This document shows positions 44,511 to 44,698 of a stretch of 44,698 nt of DNA, in pieces (position 1 is the first letter of the stretch; every line of letters starts with the position of its first letter). The notes beneath the pieces were generated by a model that did not search any database, was not told the origin of the DNA, and saw only the letters and a program-made list of their open reading frames with translations. Source of the stretch: Octopus sinensis (Eukaryota); contig NW_021835022.1 in assembly GCF_006345805.1 (NCBI RefSeq), positions 1-44,698 of the forward strand, given 5' to 3'. Both the position numbers and the translations under genes were made by a program.

Positions 44511-44698
44511 CATCAATACATGCATGCATACATACACACATACACAACTAATCATACATACGTACATGGCTAAGCATATGTATATATGCACAGCTAGTCG
44601 TGATGTGTGACATCATGTATATACAAGATAAAACTCCACATGAAACACATTTAATATGTCTGACAACATTTATATCATTCTACGCCATTGTTGTTCAA

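Overview
This is AT-rich, microsatellite-saturated eukaryotic DNA with no supportable host protein-coding exon. The repeat landscape looks like a coleoid cephalopod, most likely Octopus; that is inferred from repeat style and was not checked against a database. Nearly all listed ORFs are low-complexity translations of (TA)n, (TACA)n, (AAT)n, (CAT)n or (GGT)n tracts. The real content is mobile DNA: about 15 copies or fragments of a tRNA-headed SINE with an internal microsatellite (my label SINE-A), about 13 of a second SINE (SINE-B, two alternative 3' tails), a third tRNA SINE (SINE-C), several R4/Dong-clade RLE-endonuclease LINE ends next to (TAA)n, RTE, CR1/L2-type and Penelope remnants, mariner/Tigger/hAT MITEs, a canonical non-autonomous Helitron and a DINE-1/HINE-like element. 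The most notable observations are: (1) two homologous hammerhead-ribozyme-like cassettes 20 kb apart with an unusually long stem II insert and a compensatory change in a palindromic stem III; (2) a TSD-flanked head-to-tail SINE-B tetramer; (3) an RTE LINE with endonuclease and C-terminus but no reverse transcriptase; (4) several R4/Dong lineages clustered at TAA tracts. SINE-A/B/C and families F/G/H are my own working labels.
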